A DNA stretch of 64,000 nt from Planctomycetota bacterium (GTDB lineage: Bacteria > Planctomycetota > UBA1135 > UBA2386): the NCBI GenBank assembly GCA_050181465.1, contig JBFXDD010000005.1, positions 22,673-86,672 on the forward strand, read 5' to 3'. How positions within the stretch are numbered: position 1 is the first letter of the stretch; every line of letters starts with the position of its first letter. Below, one piece after another: positions 8,444-18,258 of this stretch. Under the pieces are notes generated by a model. The model searched no databases and had not been told where the DNA came from. It worked only from the letters and a program-made list of their open reading frames with translations. The position numbers and the translations under genes were made by a program.

Positions 8444-9166
8444 TCAGGCTCCGGCAGGCTCCAACGCCAATAGCCGCAATACGTCGAGCGACACCGGACC
8501 GTCGATCGCGAACGGCTCTGCCGCGACATGTCCGCACAGGGAGCCGAAGTATCGATCGCGCAGCTCCGCTCGCTCCAGCGGATCGAGCCCCCTCAGGAAA
8601 TGGCCGCGCTCGCTGACGGCCGACGGTAGCTGGGACGCGTAACACGCAACGGCCTTGCGCTTGATCTCGAGGACACCCCCGATGTCGACGCACACGCTAG
8701 GCAGCGCGACGTCGTTTCCAAAATAGCGAACGATGGCGCGAGCTCGGTGTGGATCGCCGAGTTCCGCATGCATGTTTCGCAAGCCGGCGAGGAAGTTCGC
8801 TCGGCTCGCCAGGTCCGCAACCGCGACGTGGTCGGGGTGCGCATCGATGCGGATCGGCGCCAGCAGCACCGTCGGACGCAGCCGACGGAGGACGCCGATC
8901 AGTGCGCGCGTCGAGGCCTCGTCCGCGACCACGAATCCGTCCCGCAGCCCGAGGTTCTCACGCTCGGTGACGCCGAGCACGGCGCTCGCGGCGATCGCCT
9001 CTTTGGCGCGGACTTCCGGAGTTCCCCGAGTCGCCGATTCCCCGCGAGTGCAGTCGATGACGGCGACCCGGCGACCGGCGCGCGTGAGCCGCGCGATCGT
9101 CCCCCCACAGCCGATCTCGGCGTCGTCGGGGTGCGCTGCGAGGACCGCGACGTCGACCGCCGTCAC
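8444..9166 (-). CDS. bshB1: N-acetylglucosaminyl-malate deacetylase (PIG-L family)
   Basis: AHPDDAEIGCGG, TRGE..TRGT, HPDH, CYASQ; GTG start overlaps bshC stop (GTGA). Confidence 0.87.
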   Translation of the reverse strand: MTAVDVAVLAAHPDDAEIGCGGTIARLTRAGRRVAVIDCTRGESATRGTPEVRAKEAIAASAVLGVTERENLGLRDGFVVADEASTRALIGVLRRLRPTVLLAPIRIDAHPDHVAVADLASRANFLAGLRNMHAELGDPHRARAIVRYFGNDVALPSVCVDIGGVLEIKRKAVACYASQLPSAVSERGHFLRGLDPLERAELRDRYFGSLCGHVAAEPFAIDGPVSLDVLRLLALEPAGA

Positions 9167-10731
9167 AGCTCGAGCACTCCGTGCTGCGTCCCGAACGGAT
9201 CTGCGGCGGCAATGATGTCCAGCGCGATGCCGCGGCCGTGCGACACCAGGAACGGCAGGATGCCGAGGACTCGCTCCTGCACCCGGCCGCGCGGTCGCAG
9301 ATTCGCGCACAACCGCCGAATCTGTCGTAGACCCGTCCCTTGGCGGTTTTGCCGCGCGTTTCTCAGCTTGCCGAGCAGCTTGTCGATCTCCTCCGTCACC
9401 TTGTGCTTGGCGCGTTCCAAGGGACCGACCATCGAGGGATCCGATTCCCGCAGGTCGACACCGGCGGCCTGACAGCGAGTCGCGATGTCCGCGAGCAATC
9501 CCTCCATCGCGGCTTCCGCCGGACTCGATTCCTCAGTCCCGAGAGCACTGGCCAGGGTCTCGGCACCCGCAGCCAACTGCGGAACGTCCCAACCGAAACG
9601 ATCGAGATGCTTGCGCAACGACGGCTCGACCAGGGTCAACGACGCACGGGGCACGAACACCGGTCGCGGGACACCCAGCAGTTTGTAGAGACCGCCGACG
9701 ATCGCGAGGTACGACAGCTCGCCCGGTCCCACGACGAAGGCCGCCGTGGGGAAGATCGCGTCCTGCCAAAGTGGTCGCAGCAACATGCCAGGGCTGAGGC
9801 TGGCGCTGTCCTCCCAAGGTTCGTCGTCGGCCAGCGCAGTGCGCGGTTGACCGCTGCCGACATGGAACATCAGCGGCGTCGCCGGATCGATCGTCGGCTC
9901 GAAACCTAGGTCGGCCAGATAATCCGAGAGTTCGCGGATCTTGCTCCGGATCGCCCCATGCTTCGCGCGCCATCGCGGCAGCACTTCGAAGGCGCTCGAC
10001 GGGAGGTCGCGCGGCTCGATCACGAGCAGGCCGTCTTCCGCGAACAACTGAAACAGCAAGCGCGCCATTCCGTCACCCATCCGTTCGTCGGGATGACGAG
10101 GCGAGAAGAGTGCGATCGCATCCTCGCGGAACTCGGTGCGGGTCAACAGGTCGTCGACCGCAGCGATGGTGCGCTCGAGGGCGCGCCCTATCGGCACTTC
10201 CCGCAGCGACTCACCCGCGTGCGGAACATCGAGTCGAAACCGCTGCAGATCCTGGTTGGGGTTCACGAAGAACGCCCGGTTGGTCTCGTCGAGATCGTGG
10301 TCGTCGCTGTGATTCCAAAACACCGGCACGACCCTCGGGCCGCCGGCCTTGGCATTGATCTCGCGAGCGAGCCGGACCGTGGTCGCCGCCTTGTGGATCG
10401 AATACAGCGGCCCGCCGAACAAGCCGGGCTGCTGCCCGGTGATCACGACTTGTGCCTCGCCGCTCGCGATCGCCTTGGCATTGTCGATCGCCGCCTCCGA
10501 AGCGCCGTAGCGCTGTGCGTAGTCGAGCAGGGCTTGGCCCAACTCTGCCGGCGGCACGAGTCGGCGAGCGCCGAGCGGCGCGTGCTCGATCAGATCCGCG
10601 ACGTTGCGCGCGCGCATCCCGAGGACCGGCTGGAGTTCCGGATCGTTCTCGAGAAAACGGAGGTGGATCTCGGAGGTGCCGAGCGCGCGGAAGGAGATAT
10701 GGCGAAGAGTCGGACTCACGTGGGTGGACAT
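9163..10731 (-). CDS. bshC: Bacillithiol cysteine-adding enzyme
   Basis: TGQQPGLFGGPLY..HKA, VPVFW..SDDHD.DE, SP..LLRPLWQD..FP....VGPGELSY, QERV; ATG at 10731. Confidence 0.92.
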   Translation of the reverse strand: MSTHVSPTLRHISFRALGTSEIHLRFLENDPELQPVLGMRARNVADLIEHAPLGARRLVPPAELGQALLDYAQRYGASEAAIDNAKAIASGEAQVVITGQQPGLFGGPLYSIHKAATTVRLAREINAKAGGPRVVPVFWNHSDDHDLDETNRAFFVNPNQDLQRFRLDVPHAGESLREVPIGRALERTIAAVDDLLTRTEFREDAIALFSPRHPDERMGDGMARLLFQLFAEDGLLVIEPRDLPSSAFEVLPRWRAKHGAIRSKIRELSDYLADLGFEPTIDPATPLMFHVGSGQPRTALADDEPWEDSASLSPGMLLRPLWQDAIFPTAAFVVGPGELSYLAIVGGLYKLLGVPRPVFVPRASLTLVEPSLRKHLDRFGWDVPQLAAGAETLASALGTEESSPAEAAMEGLLADIATRCQAAGVDLRESDPSMVGPLERAKHKVTEEIDKLLGKLRNARQNRQGTGLRQIRRLCANLRPRGRVQERVLGILPFLVSHGRGIALDIIAAADPFGTQHGVLEL

Positions 10732-11588
10732 CGCGGAGGTGAGAGAGCGGCGAAATCGGCGACGAACGCTGCGAGGGCCGACTCTACGCGATCGAGCCAA
10801 TCGCGGTCCGTCGGCGAGAAGCACTGGAGGACGCCCCGGCTCTGGCTGACGACCGCGCCCAGCCCGCGCGCGTCGAACGCGGCTGCGAGGTCCTCGACGC
10901 GACCACCCTGCGCCCCAACACCGGGGAGCAGGAGCCATGCTTGCGGCAAGCGACTGCGGAGGCGCGCGAGATCCGCCGGCCATGTCGCGCCGACGACGGC
11001 TCCGACTGCGCTGTAGCCGAAGCGGTCGACGAACCCGCGACCCCATCCCGTCACCGTGTCCGCAACGGCATCGGCGAGGGTTCTGCCGTCGCCGAGGGTC
11101 AAGTCCTGGAATTCGGTCGCCGAGGGATTGCTCGTGCGCACCAGGACGAACACGCCACAGCCTTTGGCCCTCGCGAACTCGAGGAAGGGGTCGACTCCGT
11201 CGCGGCCCAGGTAGGGGTGCACGGTCACCGCATCCGCGATCGAACAGTGGACCTCGGCATACGCGCGCGCGGTGCTGCCGATGTCGCCGCGCTTCACGTC
11301 GCCGATGACCAGCAGTCCGGCATCTCGTGCGAGTCGACACACGGTCTCGTAGGCACCGAAGCCGGCGGCGCCGTGGCACTCGAAGAACGCGATGTTCGGT
11401 TTGAAGGCCGGCACGGTGCGCGCGATCGCCGGCAGGACCTCGCGTGCAAACGCGACGATGCGCTCGGCAGCGGAGGCCCCGCCAGCCAACGACTCGGGCA
11501 GCGCGTCCAGACGGGGATCGAATCCCACGCACGCGGGGCGCATGCCGCCGAGCACGCGCTCGGCGATCCTCTCGGTGAACGTCATCAT
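10716..11588 (-). CDS. pyrF: Orotidine-5'-phosphate decarboxylase
   Basis: VGFDP, FKPNIAFFE, DVKRGDIGST, HPYLG, RTSNP, GAVVGAT, LLPGVGAQGG. Confidence 0.95.
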   Translation of the reverse strand: MMTFTERIAERVLGGMRPACVGFDPRLDALPESLAGGASAAERIVAFAREVLPAIARTVPAFKPNIAFFECHGAAGFGAYETVCRLARDAGLLVIGDVKRGDIGSTARAYAEVHCSIADAVTVHPYLGRDGVDPFLEFARAKGCGVFVLVRTSNPSATEFQDLTLGDGRTLADAVADTVTGWGRGFVDRFGYSAVGAVVGATWPADLARLRSRLPQAWLLLPGVGAQGGRVEDLAAAFDARGLGAVVSQSRGVLQCFSPTDRDWLDRVESALAAFVADFAALSPPRCPPT

Positions 11589-11780
11589 GGCGCGGCGAGG
11601 AAGCTAACCGCGTGCGAGGAAGATCCCACGCGTTTCGTGACAGCGTGCAGTGCCGCGTCGGCGCCGCGTCGTGACAACTCGACTCGGACACGAGCCCGTG
11701 AGAATTCGGACTTGTGCAGCGCGATCGCATCCCGTCTCCTCAACGCTCCACCGTTCCAGATCGACTGGATAGAGATCTCC

Positions 11781-12896
11781 ATGGCGTTGCTCTTCGTTCC
11801 CAAGGAGTCGGCACCCGGCGAAACCCGTGTCGCTGCAACTCCTGAATCGGTCAAGGGATACATCAAGCTCGGTCTATCGGTGACCGTCGCGTCCGGCGCG
11901 GGACTCGCCGCCGGCATCCGCGACGAGGACTACCGTGCGGCGGGCGCCTCGATCGGCGATGCGTACGCCGAGGCCGACATCGTCGCCGCCATCCGCGTGC
12001 CCGACGTCAAGCGGCTGCGTCGCGGTTCGATCGTCGCGAGCGGGCTCGTTCCGGCGACCCAGCTCGATGACGTGAGGGCACTGGCAGCCGCGGGCGTCAC
12101 CGCCTTCGGGCTCGAGCTGGTCCCGCGCATCACCCGCGCGCAGAAGATGGACATCCTGTCGAGTCAGGCGACGTGCGCCGGTTATCAAGCCGTGCTGCTC
12201 GCCGCGACGCACCTGCCGAGCATGTTCCCTCTGCTGATGACGGCGGCCGGCACCATCAAGCCCGCTCGAGTGTTCATCCTGGGCGCGGGCGTGGCCGGTC
12301 TCCAAGCGATCGCGACCAGCCGGCGACTGGGCGCAGTGGTGGAAGCGAACGACGTTCGCCCAGCCGTCAAGGAACAGGTGGAGAGTCTCGGCGCGAAGTT
12401 CGTCGACACTGGAACGCCGCCCGACGCGCAGACTTCCGGTGGCTACGCGAAGGAGCAGTCCGAGGAATACATCCGCAAGCAGCGCGAGATCCTAGGTGAA
12501 CACGTGGCCCAAGCTGACGTGGTCATAACCACCGCGCTGATTCCGGGCCGTCCAGCGCCTCGGATCGTCACTGCGGACATGCGCACTCGGATGAAGCCCG
12601 GCTCGGTCATCGTCGACCTCGCTGCGGCAAACGGCGGCAACGTCGAGGGCACGGTGCCCGGCAAGATCGTCGAGGTCGATGGCGTGAAGATCATCGGTGA
12701 GACGAACCTGCCGGCGATGCTCGCCAGCGATGCAAGCCGCATGTGGGCGCGCAACGTCTACGAGTTCCTCGCACCGATGGTGAAGGACGGCGCACCCAAT
12801 CCCGACTACGCCGACGAGGTGTTCGCCGCAGCCTGCGTCGTCAAGAGCGGCGAGGTCGTCAATGCCTCTGCGAAGTCAGCCCTGGGACAGAGCTGA
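11781..12896 (+). CDS. pntAA: NAD(P) transhydrogenase alpha subunit part 1 (soluble dI)
   Basis: VPKE..PGETRVAATP, PRITRAQ.MDILSS, GAGVAGLQAIAT, GGYAK, ITTALIPG. Confidence 0.95.
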   Translation: MALLFVPKESAPGETRVAATPESVKGYIKLGLSVTVASGAGLAAGIRDEDYRAAGASIGDAYAEADIVAAIRVPDVKRLRRGSIVASGLVPATQLDDVRALAAAGVTAFGLELVPRITRAQKMDILSSQATCAGYQAVLLAATHLPSMFPLLMTAAGTIKPARVFILGAGVAGLQAIATSRRLGAVVEANDVRPAVKEQVESLGAKFVDTGTPPDAQTSGGYAKEQSEEYIRKQREILGEHVAQADVVITTALIPGRPAPRIVTADMRTRMKPGSVIVDLAAANGGNVEGTVPGKIVEVDGVKIIGETNLPAMLASDASRMWARNVYEFLAPMVKDGAPNPDYADEVFAAACVVKSGEVVNASAKSALGQS

Positions 12897-12907
12897 ACGG
12901 AATATCC

Positions 12908-13198
12908 ATGATCGGACCAGCAACCCTTCTGTTCATTTTCGTGCTGGCGTCCTTCGTCGGCCTCGAAATCATCGCGAAGGTTCCTCCCACACTCCACACG
13001 CCGTTGATGTCGGGATCGAACGCGATCTCCGGCATCACCATCGTCGGCGCGCTTCTCGCGCTTCAGTCTCACTATCACGGCGCCGCCCAGATCCTCGGAT
13101 GCATCGCGATCGTCTTCGCGATGATCAACGTGGTAGGCGGGTTCCTCGTCACCGACCGCATGTTGGCGATGTTCGGTTCCAAGAAGAAGAAGGCCTGA
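12908..13198 (+). CDS. pntAB: NAD(P) transhydrogenase alpha subunit part 2 (membrane)
   Basis: VPPTLHTPLMSGSNAISG, INVVGGFLVTDRML. Confidence 0.95.
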   Translation: MIGPATLLFIFVLASFVGLEIIAKVPPTLHTPLMSGSNAISGITIVGALLALQSHYHGAAQILGCIAIVFAMINVVGGFLVTDRMLAMFGSKKKKA

Positions 13199-13207
13199 GG
13201 CAGGACC

Positions 13208-14590
13208 GTGCACATATATCTGTACATCATCGCCGCGATCCTGTTCATCGTCGGCATCAAGCGACTCGGCAAGGTCAAGTCGGCGCGGTCCGGGAATCAC
13301 GTTGCAGCGATCGGCATGGCGATCGCGATCGTCGGCGCCCTGATCGAAGCCCGAGAGATTCGCTGGCTCTTCGTCGTCCTGTCGCTCGCCGCAGGCACGC
13401 TCATCGGCTGGCAGATCGCGACCAAGGTCGCGATGACCGCGATGCCGGAACTGGTCGCCGCACTCAACGGACTCGGCGGTGGCGCTTCGACGTTCGTGGC
13501 GATCGCGGAGCTCATCGAGGTCACGGGAGTGCACACGCTCGCCGATCGACACGCGATGGTGGCGGTCTCCGTCCCACTGTCGATCTTGATCGGCACGGCA
13601 ACGATGACCGGCAGCTTGGTTGCCTATTACAAGCTTGCGGGCAAGCCTCTCAAGCACCCGGTACCGGCTGCAAGTCGGAACATGGTCAACTTGTTGATCG
13701 TGGCCGGCATTCTCGGGACCGGAATCTGGTCGGCATACTCGACCGGCGGCGGTGCGATCACAGCGGTGATCCTCGTCACGCTGCTGTCCGCGGTCTTCGG
13801 CGTCTTCTTCGTCATGCCCATCGGCGGCGCGGACATGCCGGTCGTCGTTGCGCTGCTGAACTCGTTCTCGGGCGTTGCCGCAGCCGCGAGCGGCTTTGTG
13901 ATCGGCAACCAGATGCTGATCGTGGCGGGGGCGTTGGTCGGCTCGTCGGGACTGATCCTGACGCAGATCATGTGCAAGGCGATGAATCGATCCTTGCTCA
14001 ACGTGCTCGAGGGCGGCGTCGGTGACGGGACCGTGGCGAAGGACGCCAAGGACTACAAGAACATCAAGTCGACCTCCCCCGAGGAAGTCGCGATGCTGCT
14101 CGAGAGCGCATCGAGCTGCATCATCGTTCCAGGCTACGGACTGGCGGTCGCGCAGGCTCAGCACGTGTGCGCGGGCCTGGCCAAAGAGTTCGAACGCCGC
14201 GGTGGCGACGTGAAGTATGCGATCCACCCGGTGGCCGGTCGCATGCCGGGGCACATGAACGTCCTGCTCGCGGAGGCGGACGTCCCGTACGAGAAGCTCG
14301 TGGAGATGGAACGCATCAATCCCGAGTTCCAGAACACGGATGTCGTGATCATCGTGGGTGCCAACGACGTCGTGAACCCGCTCGCGAGAGAGAAGACCGG
14401 GAGTCCGATCGACGGCATGCCGATCCTCGACGTCGACAAGGCTCGCACCGTCGTGATGATCAAGCGCAGTCTGAGTCCGGGCTACGCGGGCGTGAAGAAC
14501 CCGCTGTTCGAGTTCGAGAACACTCTGATGGTGTTCCTCGACGCGAAGGAAGCCCTGCAAGGCATCCTCGACGAACTGAAGGAGCTCTGA
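13208..14590 (+). CDS. pntB: NAD(P) transhydrogenase beta subunit
   Basis: IGGADMPVV..LLNS, MCKAMNRS, PGYGLAVAQAQH, HPVAGRMPGHMNVLLAEA, GANDVVNP. Confidence 0.97.
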   Translation: MHIYLYIIAAILFIVGIKRLGKVKSARSGNHVAAIGMAIAIVGALIEAREIRWLFVVLSLAAGTLIGWQIATKVAMTAMPELVAALNGLGGGASTFVAIAELIEVTGVHTLADRHAMVAVSVPLSILIGTATMTGSLVAYYKLAGKPLKHPVPAASRNMVNLLIVAGILGTGIWSAYSTGGGAITAVILVTLLSAVFGVFFVMPIGGADMPVVVALLNSFSGVAAAASGFVIGNQMLIVAGALVGSSGLILTQIMCKAMNRSLLNVLEGGVGDGTVAKDAKDYKNIKSTSPEEVAMLLESASSCIIVPGYGLAVAQAQHVCAGLAKEFERRGGDVKYAIHPVAGRMPGHMNVLLAEADVPYEKLVEMERINPEFQNTDVVIIVGANDVVNPLAREKTGSPIDGMPILDVDKARTVVMIKRSLSPGYAGVKNPLFEFENTLMVFLDAKEALQGILDELKEL

Positions 14591-14599
14591 GTCCGCGGT

Positions 14600-14783
14600 C
14601 TGGCCCGGACGACTCGTGAACGTCGGCTGCGATCGCCGCAAGTCGCATCCAGCGGCGTCGCTACGTCGGCTCCTCCCTGGCAGCGTAGCTGCGGCTACCC
14701 TTCGGTCGTCGACCGACGCAGCTCCTTCTTGAACATCGACTTGCGTCGATCTCGCGACGACGATCACCAACAATCCGGGCTAG
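14600..14783. mobile_element. MITE-like element, third copy (reverse orientation, more decayed) between convergent pntB and XRE genes
   Basis: CTGGCCCGGACGACTCGTGAACGTC ... GACGATCACCAACAATCCGGGCTAG; 184 bp; colinear with reverse complement of 3535-3718. Confidence 0.88.
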
Positions 14784-14787
14784 CGGC

Positions 14788-15285
14788 TCAGGCGCGCGGT
14801 CGGAAGAGTCGATCGGCGTAGCGGCTGGTCTTGAAGCGGTCGGCAACCAAACGGGCGCGACGCATGGCCTCTTCCACCGTGACGAGCACCGCGCCGGGCG
14901 GCACCGGCAACCAAGCCGTTTGCGCCGCGCGGGCCTCGACGATCTCGTCGAACTCGTTCACCGAGCTCACCTGCGCTAGCCGATCGAGCAAGGCCTGGTC
15001 GACGAGCGCCAGCGATGCCGGCACCGGCGTTTGCTCCCTTCCGAGCAGAGAATCGACGGAGACCTCGTAGAGCTCGGCCAGAGCCAAGATGTCCGTCGCC
15101 GGCGGCAACCGGGTGCCGGCCTCCCAGCGGGAGACGGCGGACTCATGGCAGCCGAGACGGCTGGCGATCTGCTCCTGCGTGAAGTTGGCTCGCGCTCGGA
15201 GTTCGCGAAGTCGCTGCGCGATGACCTGTGCCAGGGCCTGGCGGTCGGAGTTCTGCACGGTTGGGTACCTGGAGAGCGGCGTCAT
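14788..15285 (-). CDS. XRE-family HTH transcriptional regulator with unrecognised C-terminal domain
   Basis: RLRELRARANFTQEQIASRLGCHESAVSRWEAGTRLP...LAELYEVSVDSLLG. Confidence 0.9.
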   Translation of the reverse strand: MTPLSRYPTVQNSDRQALAQVIAQRLRELRARANFTQEQIASRLGCHESAVSRWEAGTRLPPATDILALAELYEVSVDSLLGREQTPVPASLALVDQALLDRLAQVSSVNEFDEIVEARAAQTAWLPVPPGAVLVTVEEAMRRARLVADRFKTSRYADRLFRPRA

Positions 15286-15296
15286 CCTACGTGACG

Positions 15297-15325
15297 AAAG
15301 CGCATGCTGCTGGTCCGTATGTCAA
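15297..15325 (-). promoter_or_regulatory. Possible sigma70 promoter for the XRE gene
   Basis: Perfect TTGACA at 15325-15320 on the minus strand; -10 at 17-nt spacing is poor (CGCTTT). Confidence 0.25.
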
Positions 15326-15395
15326 GTCCTCCGGAATGTGAGTCAGAATCGACTCGAACCGGGACTCTCAGCCGCGCGACGGGGAGACTCCGTGG

Positions 15396-16784
15396 ATGGA
15401 CGTAGCACTCCGATTCCTCGGTGCCGCGAGGCACGTCACCGGAACCAAGCATCTCATCGAGTTCGGGGACAAGCGCATCCTGCTCGACTGCGGCATGGTG
15501 CAAGGGCCGCGCAAGATGAGCAACGCGGCGAACCTCGACCTCGGACTCGATGCCCGGTCGATCGACGCCGTGGTGCTGTCCCACGCACACATCGACCATT
15601 CGGGCTCGCTTCCGCGCCTCGTGAAGCTCGGCTTCGAGGGAACGATCCACGCGACGGAAGCGACGGTCGACCTCGCCTCGGTCCTGCTCGCCGACTCCGC
15701 TCACCTTCAGAATCAAGACGCGAAGCACCTGGCCAAGCGCGGCATCGTCTTCGAGCCGCCATACGACGAGCACGACGTCGCGCGCACGATTCGTCGATTC
15801 CAGCGCCACGCCTACCACGAGACCTTCGAGGTGCTGCCGGGAGTGCAGTGCGAGTACTACGACGCCGGCCACATCATCGGTGCCGCGATGGTGGTTCTCA
15901 CGCTGGAGTCCGGCGGCCGCAAGATTCGCCTCGCGTTCACCGGCGACCACGGGCGCAAGGGCACACCGATTCTGCGTGATCCGGAGCGCCTCCCCGAGGT
16001 CGACTACCTAATCACGGAGTCCACCTACGGCGACCGCTTGCACGAGGACGGCGAGGAAATGGCGACCGCTCTCGCTCGCATCGTGAATGACGAGATCCAG
16101 GATGGGGGTCGCATTCTGATTCCGGCGTTCTCGGTCGGGCGAACCCAGAACGTCCTCTACACCCTCGGCAACTTGATGGAGTCCGGTCGCATCCCAAGGC
16201 AACGCGTTTGGATCGATTCGCCACTGAGTTCCAAAGCTACGAAGATCACGGCTGCATACCGCGAGCTATTCGACAAGGATGCCCGCCGCGTGATCGAGAG
16301 CGGCCGTGACCCCTTCTTCTTCGAAGGAGTGCGGTTCATCGAGAGCAGCGAAGAGAGCAAGGCTCTCAACTCGGTGCGCGAGGGCATCATCATCGCTGCG
16401 AGCGGAATGTGTGAGGCGGGCCGCATCCTCCATCACTTGAAGGTCTCCCTGCCTCGCCCGCAGGACTGTCTCCTGACCGTTGGCTTCATGGCCGAGGGCA
16501 CGCTCGGCAGGCGACTCCTGGACGGTAACCCGCAGGTCAACATCTACGGCGAGAGCCACCGCGTGCGCTGCAAGGTTCAGAGCATGCAGGGCATGTCGGC
16601 ACACGCGGACTACCGCGAGCTGACCGCTTCACTGCGTCATCTGGCACCCGTGGCACGCCGCGTGTTCGTCGTGCACGGGGAAGAGAAGCAGGCGCTGACC
16701 TTCGTCGATCGATTGCAGGGGATCGGGTTCCGCGATGTCATCGCGCCCGAGCATCGGCAGCGCGAAGAGCTTCACCTGCTGTGA
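15396..16784 (+). CDS. MBL-fold beta-CASP ribonuclease (YSH1-like)
   Basis: LLDCG, HAHIDH, AGHIIG, TGD, ESTYG, PAFSVGRTQ, ASGMCEAGRI, SAHAD, VHGE. Confidence 0.93.
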   Translation: MDVALRFLGAARHVTGTKHLIEFGDKRILLDCGMVQGPRKMSNAANLDLGLDARSIDAVVLSHAHIDHSGSLPRLVKLGFEGTIHATEATVDLASVLLADSAHLQNQDAKHLAKRGIVFEPPYDEHDVARTIRRFQRHAYHETFEVLPGVQCEYYDAGHIIGAAMVVLTLESGGRKIRLAFTGDHGRKGTPILRDPERLPEVDYLITESTYGDRLHEDGEEMATALARIVNDEIQDGGRILIPAFSVGRTQNVLYTLGNLMESGRIPRQRVWIDSPLSSKATKITAAYRELFDKDARRVIESGRDPFFFEGVRFIESSEESKALNSVREGIIIAASGMCEAGRILHHLKVSLPRPQDCLLTVGFMAEGTLGRRLLDGNPQVNIYGESHRVRCKVQSMQGMSAHADYRELTASLRHLAPVARRVFVVHGEEKQALTFVDRLQGIGFRDVIAPEHRQREELHLL

Positions 16785-16802
16785 GTCCGCCGCGGAGCGG
16801 AC

Positions 16803-18152
16803 TCAGGGTGCGTTCATGAACCAATGCGCCGCGATCGATGCCGCGTAGCCGAGCACGATGACCGGAGTCCACTTGAGGTGGCTGATGAAGGTGTAGTGGC
16901 CGCGCGCGGATCCCATGAGCGCGACGCCGGCAGCCGAGCCGACCGAGAGCATCGATCCGCCGACTCCCGCGGTCAGCGTGACCAGCAGCCACTGGTAGAG
17001 GTATGCACCCTCGCCGGATCCCATGTTGGGGTTCATGCCGATCACCGCCAGCATGACCGGCACGTTGTCGAGCACCGCGGAAATCACGCCGACACCGACG
17101 TTCGCCATCGTCGCGCGCGAGCCGTCCGTCCCATACAGCCACTCCGAGGAGAGTGCGAGGTAGCCCAACTCACCGAGGGCTCCCACGCACATGATCACGC
17201 CGAAGAAGAACAGCAAGGTGTCCCACTCGACCTCGGCGACGTTCTCGAAGATGTCGACCTTCTGCGCGTCCTTGCCGTGGTGAGCCATGCGGCTTCGGAT
17301 GAAGCCCCACACCATGAAGTAACCGAGCCCGAACATCATTCCGAGGAATGGCGGCAGGTGGAGGTTCACGTGGAACAACACCGCAGTGGCGATGGTGGCG
17401 ATGAACAGCACGATGACCGTCAACCAGCCCTCGCCGAGCTTGACGTCCGTATCCGTCGACAGCGGTTGTCCCTTCGGGAGGAACAAGCTCATCACAAACG
17501 CCGGCACGAGCCAGTTCACCAGCGACGGCACGAAGAGCTGCAGGAATTGGACACCGGTGGCCTTCTTCGCTGTCCACACCATCAGCGTCGTGATATCGCC
17601 GAAGGGGGAGAACGCACCCCCAGCGTTCGCAGCAACGACGATGTTGATGCACGCCATGCTGATGAACTTGGCGTTGCCCCGTCCGACCGTGAGCGCCACC
17701 GCTCCCATCAGGAGCGCCGTGGTGAGATTGTCAGCGACCGGGGAAATGCAGAACGCGAGTGCGCCCGTCGTCCAGAACACTGCGCGATAGCCGAGGCCCG
17801 CGGAGATCAGCATCGCGTTCAGCTTGGCGAACACGTTGCGCTTGGCGATGGCGCTGATGTAGGTCATCGCCACCATCAAGAAGAGGAATAGCTGACCGAA
17901 CTCGGCGACGTGGTGCAGCACGAGCTTCTCGATCTCCACCTGCTCTCCGTCCGGAGTCTTGACGTGCTCCGAAATGGCGAGCGAGGTCAAGATCCAGATC
18001 AAGCCGGCGGCGATCACGACCGGCTTCGACTTACGCAGGTGGATCACGTCCTCGAGCACGACGAGGGCGTACGCCAACACGAAGATGCCCACTGCGGCCA
18101 GGCCAAGCCCGGTCGAGGTGAGCGAAAAGGTGCTCAGCAAGTATGCGATCAA
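16803..18152 (-). CDS. nhaD: Na+/H+ antiporter NhaD
   Basis: LRKSKP, SPVADNLTTAL, ANAGGAFSPFGDITTLM, DTLLFFFG, DNVP, GGSMLSVGSAAGVALMG. Confidence 0.92.
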   Translation of the reverse strand: MIAYLLSTFSLTSTGLGLAAVGIFVLAYALVVLEDVIHLRKSKPVVIAAGLIWILTSLAISEHVKTPDGEQVEIEKLVLHHVAEFGQLFLFLMVAMTYISAIAKRNVFAKLNAMLISAGLGYRAVFWTTGALAFCISPVADNLTTALLMGAVALTVGRGNAKFISMACINIVVAANAGGAFSPFGDITTLMVWTAKKATGVQFLQLFVPSLVNWLVPAFVMSLFLPKGQPLSTDTDVKLGEGWLTVIVLFIATIATAVLFHVNLHLPPFLGMMFGLGYFMVWGFIRSRMAHHGKDAQKVDIFENVAEVEWDTLLFFFGVIMCVGALGELGYLALSSEWLYGTDGSRATMANVGVGVISAVLDNVPVMLAVIGMNPNMGSGEGAYLYQWLLVTLTAGVGGSMLSVGSAAGVALMGSARGHYTFISHLKWTPVIVLGYAASIAAHWFMNAP

Positions 18153-18258
18153 CTCTGGATGCCGGACAGGAGTCGAGGGGTCGGAAGAATGGACAAAGAC
18201 CCGTCTGTCGAGTCCAGAGTTTCAGCCGGTAACGACGGTCGATTCTTGCAACGTTGGT

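Noticed and set aside
9855-9870. parS-like half-site in bshC (FHV codons)
   Set aside because: Only one arm matches; not palindromic.
9163-12896. Apparent giant ORFs 9163..11730 (855 aa) and 10941..12896 (651 aa)
   Set aside because: Stop-free extensions over pyrF in high-GC DNA; true starts are bshC 10731 and pntAA 11781.
12806-14773. Long antisense ORFs (655 aa here; also 24798..26561, 26874..28118, 5120..6736)
   Set aside because: Mirror frames of well-supported genes, expected from GC-rich codon bias.
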